A DNA stretch of 64,000 nt, taken from assembly GCA_046290465.1 (NCBI GenBank), contig JBKAGP010000001.1, forward strand, positions 800,001 through 864,000, read 5' to 3'. Origin of the DNA: Planctomycetota bacterium (GTDB lineage Bacteria > Planctomycetota > UBA1135 > UBA2386). The position numbers were made by a program, and so were the translations under genes. The notes beneath the pieces were generated by a model. It saw only the letters and a program-made list of their open reading frames with translations. It did no database searches and was not told the DNA's origin. This document shows positions 43,101 through 53,600 of this stretch, in pieces. Numbering within the stretch: position 1 is the stretch's first letter; each line of letters starts with the position of its first letter.

Positions 43101-43373
43101 CTTACGCGTGGTTCAGGCGCGACGACGAGGCTTCTTGCAGGCTTGGATCGAGGTGGGTCCGCCAGCGAAACGAGGCGAGCAGCTGGCGCCGCCTCTAGGC
43201 GACCGGCTGCCCGAGGTAACGCGGAACGTGCATTGCCATCGGTGTCGGCCATCCGTCGCGAGGCGTCGAACGGCCGTCGCGCAAATGACCCTGCGACCTT
43301 GTGGATTCCCCACCCGTTCCGTCCTAGGCTCGCGCATCTTCCTTCAACCGAAGCCCTTTCGAGAAACGAACGA

Positions 43374-43616
43374 ATGACCCACGTCATCGCGGAACCCTGC
43401 GTCAACGTCAAGGACAAGGCCTGTGTGGACGTCTGCCCGGTGGACTGCATCCACGGCGGAGACGACGACCCGCAGCTCTACATCAACCCGGCCGACTGCA
43501 TCGACTGCACCCTGTGCGTCGACGCGTGCCCGGTGACGGCGATCTTCGCGGAAGAGGATCTGCCCGAGCAGTGGAACGCGTTCACCAAGACGAACGCCGA
43601 CTACTTCGCGAGCTAG
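43374..43616 (+). CDS. ferredoxin (7Fe FdxA-like)
   Basis: EPCVNVKDKACVDVCPVDCIH and CIDCTLCVDACP. Confidence 0.93.
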   Translation: MTHVIAEPCVNVKDKACVDVCPVDCIHGGDDDPQLYINPADCIDCTLCVDACPVTAIFAEEDLPEQWNAFTKTNADYFAS

Positions 43617-43623
43617 GCCCGCG

Positions 43624-44631
43624 TTGGACCGCTACAGCCGGCAGGCCCGCGTCCCCGGCGTCGGCGCCGCCGGCATCGACAAGCTGCGGACCAGCTGCGT
43701 GCTGGTCGTCGGATGCGGCGCCCTGGGCACCCACCTCGCAGACGCGCTGACGCGCGCCGGGGTCGGGACCCTGCACCTGGTCGACCGGGACATCGTCGAG
43801 TGGAGCAACCTGCAGCGGCAGGTCCTGTTCGACGAACGCGACGCCGAGCTGGGTCTGCCGAAGGCGATCGCGGCCAGGGACCGCCTGCGCGCCGTCAACC
43901 GCGACGTGCGCATCGAGGGCCACGTCGCCGATTGCTCGGTGCGCTTCCTCGACGACCTGCCGCAGCGGCCCGATCTGGTGCTCGACGGCACCGACAACTT
44001 CCCGACCCGCTACCTGATCAACGACTGGTGCCGCGAGCATCGGCTGCCGTGGATCTACGCCGGCGCGGTCGGCACCGAGGGCGCCAGCATGGTCGTCACC
44101 CCCGACGGCGCGTGCCTGAGGTGCCTGTGGCCCGAGCCGCCCGCGCAGGCCGACGTCGGCAACTGCGAGACCAGCGGCATCCTGGCGCCCGCGATCGCAT
44201 CGGTCACCGCGTTCCAGGCGGCCGAAGCGCTCAAGCTGCTGCTCGGCGAGCCGCCGACCCGCGGCGTCTATACGTGCGACGTCTGGCGCGGCAGCTACCA
44301 GGTGCTGCCGGTCGCCGACCGCGCCGCGCCGGACTGCGTCGTCTGCGCCCACGGCGAACGTCCGGCGCTGCGCGGGGACGCCGTCGAGGCGGTCAGCCTG
44401 TGCGGTCGCAACGCGGTGCAGGTGCAGCCGCCGGACGCCGCGCCGATCGATCTCGACGCGCTCGCCGGCAAGCTCGGCGGTGTGGTCGAGCAGCTGGTGC
44501 GCACCCCGCACCTGCTGCGCTTCGCGTGCGACGGCGTGCGCTTCACGGTGTTCCCCGGCGGCCGCGCGCTGCTGTTCGGCGTGACCGATCCGCTGCGCGC
44601 ACGCGCGCTGTACGATCGCTGGCTGCGATGA
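43624..44631 (+). CDS. ThiF/MoeB-family adenylyltransferase
   Basis: RYSRQ, VVGCGALG, DRDIVEWSNLQRQ, DGTDNF, CLRC...CVVC zinc site, LCGRNAVQ C-terminal domain. Confidence 0.92.
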   Translation: MDRYSRQARVPGVGAAGIDKLRTSCVLVVGCGALGTHLADALTRAGVGTLHLVDRDIVEWSNLQRQVLFDERDAELGLPKAIAARDRLRAVNRDVRIEGHVADCSVRFLDDLPQRPDLVLDGTDNFPTRYLINDWCREHRLPWIYAGAVGTEGASMVVTPDGACLRCLWPEPPAQADVGNCETSGILAPAIASVTAFQAAEALKLLLGEPPTRGVYTCDVWRGSYQVLPVADRAAPDCVVCAHGERPALRGDAVEAVSLCGRNAVQVQPPDAAPIDLDALAGKLGGVVEQLVRTPHLLRFACDGVRFTVFPGGRALLFGVTDPLRARALYDRWLR

Positions 44632-45725
44632 TCTACCTCGACCACGCCGCCACCAGCTTCCCCAAGCCGCCTGCCGTGGTCGCCGCGGTGCAGCATTGGC
44701 TGACCGAAGTGGGTGTCAGCCCCGACCGCGGCGAGGGGCCGAGCACGCGCGAGAGCGCCGCCGTGGTGCAGCGCTGCCGCGAGGGCATCGCCAGGCGCAC
44801 CGGCCACCGCCCCGAGCGGGTCGCGTTCTGTTCGGGCGCGACCGAAGGGCTCAACCTGGTGCTGCGCGCCCTGGTGAAGCCCGGCGCACGCGTGCTGACG
44901 ACCTGGTGGGAGCACTCCTCGGTGGTGCGGCCGCTGACCGCGCTGCAGCAGGAGCGCGGCGCGAGCATCGAACGCGTCGCGACGGCCGACGAGCTGTGCG
45001 AGCGGATCCGCAGCGAGCCGCCGGACCTGGTCGTGTTCTCGCACGCGAGCAACGTGACCGGCATGGTCACGCCGGCCAGCACGGTCTGCCTGACCGCGCG
45101 CAACCACGGCGTGCCGGTGGTGCTCGACGCCAGCCAGACCGCCGGCTACCGGCAGCTCGACGAGGGCGCCGACTGCGTCGTCGCCAGCGCCCACAAGGGC
45201 CTGCACGCGCCGCCCGGCCTCGGCTTCGTCAGCGTCGACGAACGGCTCGAACTCGCCCCGCAGAAGCAGGGCGGCACCGGCTCGAGCGTCGCGCTCGACC
45301 GCCACCCCACCGATTGGCCGCAGGCGTTCGAGGCCGGCACGCCCAACATGCCGGCGCTGTTCGGCCTGGCGGCGGCCCTGACCTGGCTCGAACAGCAGGA
45401 GCAGCGCGGCCAGATGCTGTGGGCGGGCGAGCGGATCGGCGAGCTGGTGGCAGGTCTGAGGGGCCTGCCCGGGATCCGCGTGGTCGGCCAGCCGCGCGGC
45501 AACTCCACGCCGGTGCTGTCGCTGGTGCACGAGTCGTACGATCCGCTCGAGCTCGGCTCGATCCTGGCCGGCGCCGGCATCCACGTGCGCGCCGGCTACC
45601 ACTGTGCCCCCTGGGCCCACGAACGGCTGGGCACCGCGGCGACCGGCACGCTGCGCATCTCGGCCGGTCCGTCGACCCGCTCGACCGAGATCGACGCCGT
45701 GCTCGACGTGCTGCGAACGCTCTGA
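44628..45725 (+). CDS. cysteine desulfurase-family (class V PLP) protein
   Basis: IYLDHAATS, EHSSV, HASNVTG, DASQTAG, SAHKGL, FEAGT, RAGYHCA; ATGA overlap with the ThiF-like gene. Confidence 0.9.
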   Translation: MIYLDHAATSFPKPPAVVAAVQHWLTEVGVSPDRGEGPSTRESAAVVQRCREGIARRTGHRPERVAFCSGATEGLNLVLRALVKPGARVLTTWWEHSSVVRPLTALQQERGASIERVATADELCERIRSEPPDLVVFSHASNVTGMVTPASTVCLTARNHGVPVVLDASQTAGYRQLDEGADCVVASAHKGLHAPPGLGFVSVDERLELAPQKQGGTGSSVALDRHPTDWPQAFEAGTPNMPALFGLAAALTWLEQQEQRGQMLWAGERIGELVAGLRGLPGIRVVGQPRGNSTPVLSLVHESYDPLELGSILAGAGIHVRAGYHCAPWAHERLGTAATGTLRISAGPSTRSTEIDAVLDVLRTL

Positions 45726-45754
45726 GCCAGGCGGCCAGCGCCGCCTTCCCTCCG

Positions 45755-48700
45755 TCACTGGACCGTGACCGGGATCTGCAGTTCGGTGCGGTTGCCCGCC
45801 CGGTCGAGCACGACCAGCGTCAGCTGGCCCGACGCCGCAAGCCCCGGGTGCTCGAGCTTCCAGGTGCCCTGCTTGGCGACCCCACCACCGGGCGAAAGCC
45901 GGGCCCGCTGTTCGCCGATCGTGGTGCCCCTGCGCTTGAGGCCCCCGTCGTCGACCCAGGTGCCTTCGATCGTGAATGGCTGGCCGCGCACCGCCGTGAC
46001 CGGACCCGAGACCTCGACCTTGGGCGGCTCGGTGTCGAGCCAGCCGATGAACGGGAACGCCCCCGCCTCACCCGCGTCGTTGGCGACGACCAGCGAGATC
46101 CTCGTCGACTTGCACTGCTCGGGCAGCGCCGGGGCGATCGAGAACAACCCGTCGCCGTCGCGCGGCAGCACCACGCCGTTGGCCATCACCCGCGCGTTGG
46201 CGTCGTCGCTGTCGACACGAAGCCTGCTGTCGGCACTGAAGAACGCCTGGCGGTCCTTGCGCACCGGCCGTTCGCTGCCGTCGCCGGCGACGACCACCAG
46301 CCCTCGCAGCAGAGGCTTCTGCATCGACGCAGAACGCGTGATCGACAGCGTGCGCGCGGCGGTCCGGCCGAAGCAGTTGGTCGCGCGCAGCACGACCTCG
46401 TTGCCGCCCGCGTCCAGCGGCACCCGGCCGCCGAACGTGCGCGTGTTGGCGTCGCGCGACAGCGGCGTCTCGACGCCGCCGCGCACCGCGACCACCCGGT
46501 CGGTCCACAGATCGCAGCGCACCCGCACGGCGTAGGCGTCACCGGTCACCCGGTCCTCGGCCCGCGTCTCGCCGACCAGCTCGAGCTGCGGATCGCCGAC
46601 CCGCGTCACCTCGAGCGTCTGCGTGACCGGCTGGTGGAAGCGGCGCTCGAACTGGACCACCAGCTGGTTCCGTCCCGGCGCCACCGGCAGCGTGACGACG
46701 GCATCGCGCCCCTGCCAGTCGACGCCCTCGACCAGTTCGCCATTGACGCGCAGCCGTTCGGCCTTCGGGGCGACGCGCGCGCTCAGCTGCACGGTCGCAG
46801 CGTCGGTGCCCCACACGCCGCCGCGCCGTTCGGCGACGTCGGTCAGCGTGCAGCCGTCCTCGAAGCTCAGCTCGCCGAGGCGGCGCGTGACCACCACGGT
46901 GCGGTTGCCCTGGCGGCCGCGGCCGGACCACTGCAGCCGGATCGGCGACGGGCTCTCCAGATCGGACCGCACCGGATGCACGTAGCGGGCCGCGTCGCGC
47001 TCGACCTTGCGGCCGTCGATGACCAGGCTGCAGTCGAGCGGCAGCGTCACCACCAGCTCGGCGCCCGCATCGCCGACCAGCTCGACCCGGGCCGGCTCGA
47101 CCGACAGCGTCGGCGCGCCCGATGGAGCCGGCGCGGCCGGGTTGCCAGCCGGGTTATTCGTCTGGTTCGCCGGCTGGGTCTCCGGCTCGATGGCGACCGG
47201 CGACTTCGGCTGCTCGCCGACCTCGTTCGCCGTCCCCTCGTAGAGCACGGTCCAGTCCCGCAGCGTCACCACGTAGCCGCCCGCGAGCGTCGCGCGCACC
47301 GGCACCGTGGCACGTCCCTGCAGGTTGCGCGTCCCCGCGAACGTGCCGTCGTCGCCCAGCTCGACCGCCTCCCCGTCGATCGACAGCGCCGTGACCATCG
47401 CCGACGCCAGCCGGCCGCGGAAGCGCACCGGCGCGCCGGCGGCCACCGGCACCTCGCCGGGAGCGCGGCGCACCAGCTGCGCATCGATCGCCATCGCGGC
47501 CTTGGCGAGCGCCGCGCGCCGCAGGCTGCCCGCATCGTCCGAGTTCGCCAACGACTCGCTCTTGTCTACCTGCGCGAGCGCGCCGCGGAAGTCGCCGTCC
47601 GACAGCAGCTGGCGCGCCCAGGCGAGGTGCAGCGCCGCCAGCCGCTGGTCTTTGCCGGGCAGCAGCGGGCGGCCGGCGAACACCCGCTGGGTCTCCCGCT
47701 CGGCATCGGCGAAGCGCCGTTCGCGCAGCATCGCGTCGGCGACGGCGAACGGCGAGCCGTCGGTCGCTGCATCGCGCCACGGTTGCCAGAGCCACAGCGC
47801 CACCGCGGCCGCGGCGACGACCAGCGACCCGACCAGCAGCGACCCGGCCGGCCGCCCGCCACTGCCGCCCTTTCTGGGCTGCGGCTGCGGCTTGCCACCG
47901 CCACCCCGGCGCGACGCCGGCGACACCATCGTCTGGCCTTCGTCCTCGCCGGCGACGCCCTGCGCCTGTTCGTCGAGCCAGAACTTGATCTTGGCCAGCG
48001 TCTTGGCCGGCGGTGGGGACAGCAGCGTCTGGTGCTCCTCACCTTCCTCGACCGCACCGAGGTCGCGCAGCGACTCGCGGCGCGTCTCGAGACGCTGGAT
48101 CGCGTCGGCCATCTCGCGGGCATCGGCGAAGCGGTCGGCGGGGTCCTTGGCGGTGGCCCGTTCGATCAGGCCGGCGACGTCGTCGGGCACGTCCGGCCGC
48201 TGCTCGCGAACGTCCGGGAACGGCTGCAGCACGATCCGCTGCATGATGCGCGGCAGCGAGTCCTTGGCGATCGCCTCGCCGCCGACGAGCAGGTAGTAGA
48301 GCGTCGCGCCAAGCGCCCAGACGTCGGCGGCCGGCGTCACCGTCGCGGTGTTCTCCCACTGCTCGGGCGGCATGTACTGCGGCGTGCCCATCACCACGTT
48401 GGTGCCCGACAGCATCGACATCTGGCCCGAACCCGACGGCTTGGCGAGGCCGAGGTCGGCGACCTTGACGGCGCCGCTCTGGCAGATCATCAGGTTGTCC
48501 GGCTTGATGTCGCGGTGGATGAAGCCCTTGCTGTGCGCTTCGCCGAGGCCCTGTGCGGCGCCGTGCAGGATCTCGAGCGCCTCGCCGACCTTGAGGCTGC
48601 CCTTGCGCTGCACGCGCTGGCGGGCGGTCTCGCCCTGCACCAGCTCCATCACGATGTAGTGCAGGCCGCCGTCCTCCGAGACGTCGAAGACCCGCACGAC

Positions 48701-49012
48701 GTTCTGGTGGTTGATGCGCGCCGCGGAGCGGGCCTCGCGCTTGAAGCGCACCACGAACTGCTCGTCCTCGCCGGTCAGGTCCGGTTTGAGGCACTTGACG
48801 GCGACGTCGATGTCGAGGTTGAGGTGGCGGCCGCGGTAGACCGCGCCCATGCCGCCCTGACCGATCTTGCCGTAGAGCACGCAGGGCGGAAGGACCTTGT
48901 AGCCTTCGACCTCCTGCACACGTTCGAGGTTGGAGTCGCTTTGCAGCATCGGGGACTTCGGGGCGCCGGCGGGACGGCCGGCCAACAGGGTCTTCGACTC
49001 GGTCTGGTCCAT
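45755..49012 (-). CDS. membrane Ser/Thr protein kinase with extracytoplasmic TPR-like and Ig-like repeats
   Basis: IGQGGMGAVY, VAVK, HRDIKPDN, DLGLAK, GTPQYMPPEQ, DVWALG; TM helix; Ig-like ends such as DRAGNRT; start uncertain. Confidence 0.9.
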   Translation of the reverse strand: MDQTESKTLLAGRPAGAPKSPMLQSDSNLERVQEVEGYKVLPPCVLYGKIGQGGMGAVYRGRHLNLDIDVAVKCLKPDLTGEDEQFVVRFKREARSAARINHQNVVRVFDVSEDGGLHYIVMELVQGETARQRVQRKGSLKVGEALEILHGAAQGLGEAHSKGFIHRDIKPDNLMICQSGAVKVADLGLAKPSGSGQMSMLSGTNVVMGTPQYMPPEQWENTATVTPAADVWALGATLYYLLVGGEAIAKDSLPRIMQRIVLQPFPDVREQRPDVPDDVAGLIERATAKDPADRFADAREMADAIQRLETRRESLRDLGAVEEGEEHQTLLSPPPAKTLAKIKFWLDEQAQGVAGEDEGQTMVSPASRRGGGGKPQPQPRKGGSGGRPAGSLLVGSLVVAAAAVALWLWQPWRDAATDGSPFAVADAMLRERRFADAERETQRVFAGRPLLPGKDQRLAALHLAWARQLLSDGDFRGALAQVDKSESLANSDDAGSLRRAALAKAAMAIDAQLVRRAPGEVPVAAGAPVRFRGRLASAMVTALSIDGEAVELGDDGTFAGTRNLQGRATVPVRATLAGGYVVTLRDWTVLYEGTANEVGEQPKSPVAIEPETQPANQTNNPAGNPAAPAPSGAPTLSVEPARVELVGDAGAELVVTLPLDCSLVIDGRKVERDAARYVHPVRSDLESPSPIRLQWSGRGRQGNRTVVVTRRLGELSFEDGCTLTDVAERRGGVWGTDAATVQLSARVAPKAERLRVNGELVEGVDWQGRDAVVTLPVAPGRNQLVVQFERRFHQPVTQTLEVTRVGDPQLELVGETRAEDRVTGDAYAVRVRCDLWTDRVVAVRGGVETPLSRDANTRTFGGRVPLDAGGNEVVLRATNCFGRTAARTLSITRSASMQKPLLRGLVVVAGDGSERPVRKDRQAFFSADSRLRVDSDDANARVMANGVVLPRDGDGLFSIAPALPEQCKSTRISLVVANDAGEAGAFPFIGWLDTEPPKVEVSGPVTAVRGQPFTIEGTWVDDGGLKRRGTTIGEQRARLSPGGGVAKQGTWKLEHPGLAASGQLTLVVLDRAGNRTELQIPVTVQ

Positions 49013-49149
49013 CGTCTGAGGCAACCCGACAACGGACCTGCGGCGCGGCTGTTGCACCGCGCCGGGCATCTCTCTCGAGCATGCTCACCGGGCCCGTGAC
49101 GCCGCGCAAGCGAGCGGGCGCGCAAACGGCGGCAGCAGCGGCCGCTCGG

Positions 49150-50685
49150 TCAGCGCAGCCGGTATTCAGACGGCACCGGCCCGACCGGCCGGTCGAGGAA
49201 CTCGTACAGCTCGACCGCGATCTCGAAGAAGCCGTCGTCGCGGTCGAGACCGGTCGGGAAGTAGCGCAGGTGGGTCTTGATCTGCGGCCGGTACTTGCCG
49301 CCGCCCGGCTTGCTACCGACCAGCATCAGGTCGCGGATCAGCTCCCGTTCTGCCCGCCACGGCGCGATCCCGGGGTGCGTGCCCCACCGCCACAGCCGCA
49401 GCTCCAGTTCCTCGCGCACCGTGCGACGCGAGGCGCGCCCGTCCGCGACCAGGCCCGCCAGTTCCGCCAGCCGCGGGTCCGCCGGCACCCCGACGCGCGG
49501 GTAGCCGCCGCCGCTGGCCCAGACCACGAACGACCACTCCGGCACGCCTTCGAGGCCGACCCGGATCGGCCGCTCGACCCGCTGCAGACACAGCCGCAGC
49601 GCCAGCGCCACGGCGACGTCGGTGCGGATCCGTTCGTCGGCGCCCCAGACCTCGCGCTGCCGGACCACCTCGTCGATCGGCATCCACAGCGCGTAGGCGA
49701 CCCCGAGCCGCGCCGGCCGTTCGTCGAGCGCCGGCGGCGTCGGCTTCAGCCACTTGCGCAACACCGGCCGGCTCGCCGACTGGCTCGCGGCCAGGTGCAG
49801 CATGCGCCAGTCGAGCGGCGGCGAACCGGCGTCGAGCCGGCCGGCGCGCGCCAGCAGCAGCATCGCGGCCTCGCGCTCGTCGAACTGCCGCGCGTCGGTG
49901 ACCCGCAGCAGATCGCGCGCCGGCTGCAGCAGCGTCGGCTCGGTGCCGTCGAGGCCGAGCCGCCAGCCCTCGCCGAGCAAGGCGCCGCGCTGGAACAGGC
50001 CCGAGTGGCGGTCGCTCCGCCGCCACTGCCGGGCCTGCGACGTCGACGCGATCGGCATGCCGGCGAATGCCGCGGCGGCCAGCAGCCCGGGATCGTTCGA
50101 TTCGAGCCGGCCGACGCCGCGGGCCGCGCGCGGGTAGCGCGCCGCGGCCAGCCGCACCGCCAGATCGAGCAGGTCCTCGGGCTCCTTGTTGGGCCCGAGG
50201 AAGCGCTGCACGAAGTCCTCCATCGGCCGGCTGCGATGCGGACCGAGGGCGACCAGCAGGGCCGCCATGGTGCGTTCCTGGAACAACGGCTTCTGTTGGT
50301 CCAGCAATGAGAACAGCCGCTCGTCCTCGGCAGGCCCGCCGGCCACCACTGCCGCGATCAACAACACCAGCCGCCGATCGACGCTCGAGCGCTCCGCCGC
50401 GAACATCTGCCACAGCAGCGGTACCACCGGCCGCCCGAGGTCGCGCGCGAGCTGCCAGCCGACGCTCAGATCGCGGCTCGGCTGGTCCAGCAGCAGCTGC
50501 CGGAACCGCTGGGTGTAGGCCCGATGGCTCGCATCGATCCACGGATCGTCCGAGCCGCGGGCTTGTCCCGATGCAGGTTGAGCCAGCGCCAGGGCCCAAC
50601 CGATAAGCCCGACCGAAGCGAACCGCCGCCACCCCGCCCCAGAAGGGCCGGGCCGATCGGCGAACCGCTTGGTGTGATCACGCAT
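49150..50685 (-). CDS. hypothetical exported alpha-helical (HEAT-like) protein
   Basis: Long ORF with coding-like composition co-oriented with the kinase; signal-like LIGWALALAQ; start codon uncertain. Confidence 0.65.
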   Translation of the reverse strand: MRDHTKRFADRPGPSGAGWRRFASVGLIGWALALAQPASGQARGSDDPWIDASHRAYTQRFRQLLLDQPSRDLSVGWQLARDLGRPVVPLLWQMFAAERSSVDRRLVLLIAAVVAGGPAEDERLFSLLDQQKPLFQERTMAALLVALGPHRSRPMEDFVQRFLGPNKEPEDLLDLAVRLAAARYPRAARGVGRLESNDPGLLAAAAFAGMPIASTSQARQWRRSDRHSGLFQRGALLGEGWRLGLDGTEPTLLQPARDLLRVTDARQFDEREAAMLLLARAGRLDAGSPPLDWRMLHLAASQSASRPVLRKWLKPTPPALDERPARLGVAYALWMPIDEVVRQREVWGADERIRTDVAVALALRLCLQRVERPIRVGLEGVPEWSFVVWASGGGYPRVGVPADPRLAELAGLVADGRASRRTVREELELRLWRWGTHPGIAPWRAERELIRDLMLVGSKPGGGKYRPQIKTHLRYFPTGLDRDDGFFEIAVELYEFLDRPVGPVPSEYRLR

Positions 50686-53600
50686 GACGGACAACCGGGA
50701 GATCCTGAACGACGCGGAGGTCGACTTCCTGCTGCAGGGAGCCGAGACCGATGCGGCCACTGAAGCGCCCCAGCTCGAGGACGGCAACCAGACCGTCACG
50801 ATGCACGGCGATCTCGATCAGATCAGCCTGGCAGACATCTTCCAGACCCTGGCGATGTCGAAGATGGAGGGCGTGCTGCGGGTTCGCAACCCCCTCGAAG
50901 AACGGCAGGTCTACTGCTCCGACGGCTATGTGCGGATCCTGGTCCCGGCCCGGCTGACCCTGCGACGCCTCGGCCAGCGCCTGATCCAGGCCGGCCTGCT
51001 GCAGGCCGACCAGCTGCGCAGCGCGCTGGTCGAACAGCGCAAGGACCGCATCCCGCTCGGGCAGCTGCTGGTCCGCGACGGCCTGATCACGCAGGAGGAA
51101 CTCGACGAGATCATCGGCATGCAGGTCGCCGAGGACCTGTTCGCGCTGTTCACGTGGAAGCACGGCACGTTCGAGTTCTTCAAGGGCGACCCCGGTTCGA
51201 CCGTGCTGCGCTCGCAGTTCGAGTCGTGCCCCGAATACGAGGTCAACAGCCTGCTGCTCGAGGTGGCGCGCCGTTCGGACGAGTGGCAGCTGATCCTCGA
51301 CCAGGTGCAGAGCCTCGACGAGATCCCCAAGCAGGTCGCCCAGCCGGCCAACCCCGACGACCTGGACGAGACCCACGATGCGGTGCTGAACGGCATCGAC
51401 GGGCGCTCGACCTACCGGCAGCTGGCCGACCAGACCACGCTCGGCCTGTTCGACTTCTCGCGGGCCGCGCGCGACCTGGCCCAGGGCGGCATCCTCGAGA
51501 ACATCGACGACCCGCAGCTGATCCAGGTCGCGACCGAGCTCGCCGAAGAAGGCGAGAGCAAGCGCGCGGTGGTGCTGCTGCAGACGCTGCGGGACCGCCC
51601 CGGTGATCGCAGCCTCGGCGTCATCCGCGGCATGGCCGAGGTGCTCGAGCAGGTCGGCGAGCGGCGCTTTGCCAGCTCGCTGCTGCTGGAGGCCGCGCAG
51701 CGCTCGGCGGTCGCCGAGGAGGCGCTCGAGCTGGCCCGCGCTGCGCGGGCGCTGGTGCCGTACGACCCGGGCACGCTCAGCTTCCTGCGCACGGTGCTGG
51801 TCGCGCACTGCGAACCGGACTCCGCCGAACTCGAGAAGGTCACCATCGACCTGCTCGACGCGCTGATCGACGGCGACCTGGTGCCGACCGCCCTCGAGAT
51901 CATCGAGGACGCGCGCCGCACCGATACCGTTCGGCCGCAGATCCTGATGCGCGAGGCCCGCGCGCGCCAGAAGGCCAAGGACGTCGACGGCGCCGTCGAG
52001 AGCCTGCTCGAACTCGCCGAGTGCTACCTGGAGGACGGCAACCGCGAGAAGGCCGCCGAGGCCTACGACGCCGTGATGCGGCTGGACCGTTCTCGCAAGG
52101 ACGTGCAGCGGCAGCTGGCGGCGCTCAAGCGCACCAGGCTCGGCAGCATGATCCGGCTGGCCGCGATCCTGCTGGTCACGGCGCTGGTCGGCGGCATGGG
52201 CTTCGTCTGGTGGCAGCAGAGTGCGTTCGAGGCGGCGCTGCAGAACGCCCAGGGCGAGATCCAGCAGCTGCTCGACCAGGGCGACCGCAACGGCGCCCGC
52301 ACCTCGCTGGACAAGTGGCGCACCGCGCTCGGCGACTGCGAGACGATCCAGGACCTCGCCAGCCGGGTCGCGTTCGCCGACGCCGCCGAGAACAAGCGCC
52401 TCGAGAAGATCCGCCGCGGCCGCCTGACCGAGCGCATGAGCGAGGCCGCCGAACGGCTCGGCCGCGGCGAACTCGCCGCCGCGCTGGCGATCTACGTCGA
52501 GGTGCACGCCGAGCGCGGCATGTCGACCGAGGTCACCGGCGTCGTCAGCACCCGCCTGCAGGCGATGCTGACCGAGCTGCAGCGCTCGACCAAGGAGCTG
52601 GACGGCCAGCTGCCGCCCGACCCTGCCGAGCTGTTCGATCGCGGCCAGCTGGCGACCAACCTCGCCTCGATGCAGGAAGCCTGCCCGCCGGCGCTGCTGC
52701 GCGCGCACGACGAACTGGCGGCGATGCAGAGCCGCTCGGAGCTGCCGGAGTTCCTGACTGCCGTGGAGCTGCGCAAGATCGACGAGGCGCTCGCCGCGGT
52801 GCGGCCGGCCGTCGAGCGGATCCGCGCCCGCAGCACCGCCTACACCGCGGCCCTGCAGCGCAACGACACCGAGCGCCGGCTCGACCCGCTGTTCAAGGCG
52901 GCCGTCGAGAAGGAGACCGCGCACGACTTCGAAGGGGCGCTCGAGCTCTACCGCAAGCTCGAGGCCCAACCGACCGGCGACCCCGAGCTGCGCGCGCACT
53001 TCCGCGATCGGGTGACCCGCAACGCAACCATCACCCGGCTGCTGAAGGAGCTCGACACGGCGACCAACGCCGGCGACTTCGGCGGCGCGCAGCAGCAGCT
53101 GAAGGCGTTGCGCATGTCGTTCCCGGAGGTGCCGTTCGACACGCTGGTGCGGCTGCCGCTGACCGTCGTCAGCCAGCCGCCGGGCGCCACCGTGCTGGTC
53201 AACGGCCTCGACGTCGGCGCGACGCCGATCGTGCTGAAGCGCGTGCCGGCCGAACCGACGGTCGTCGCGGTGTCTGTCGACGGCTTCGACCAGGTCGAGC
53301 AGACGTTCACCGGCGACCAGAACTCGACCTGGACCGCCCAGCTGACCCTGCAGCCGCTGCGGGTGCGCAGCCACGACGGCGCCGTCGAGACGCCGCCGAC
53401 GCTGCTGCCGTCCGGCGACCTGGTGTTCGTCGACCGCAGCGGCGACGTCACCCGCCTCGACCCGACCCTGCGCGCCGCCGCCTGGAAGTTCCCGAGCAAC
53501 GACCTGTCCGGCTACCTGTCGCCGGCGCTGCTGGTCGACGACCAGCTGCTGGTCGCGTCGCTAGACGGCAAGCTGCGCGGCATCGGCGCCGACGACGGCA

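Noticed and set aside
43013..43373. tRNA-Leu as an integration site for an island
   Set aside because: No integrase and no duplicated tRNA 3' end noticed; downstream genes look like housekeeping genes with normal composition
48450..48470. Kinase DLG in place of DFG as a sign of a pseudokinase
   Set aside because: The catalytic Asp and all other motifs are intact; DLG is a common variant in bacterial Hanks kinases
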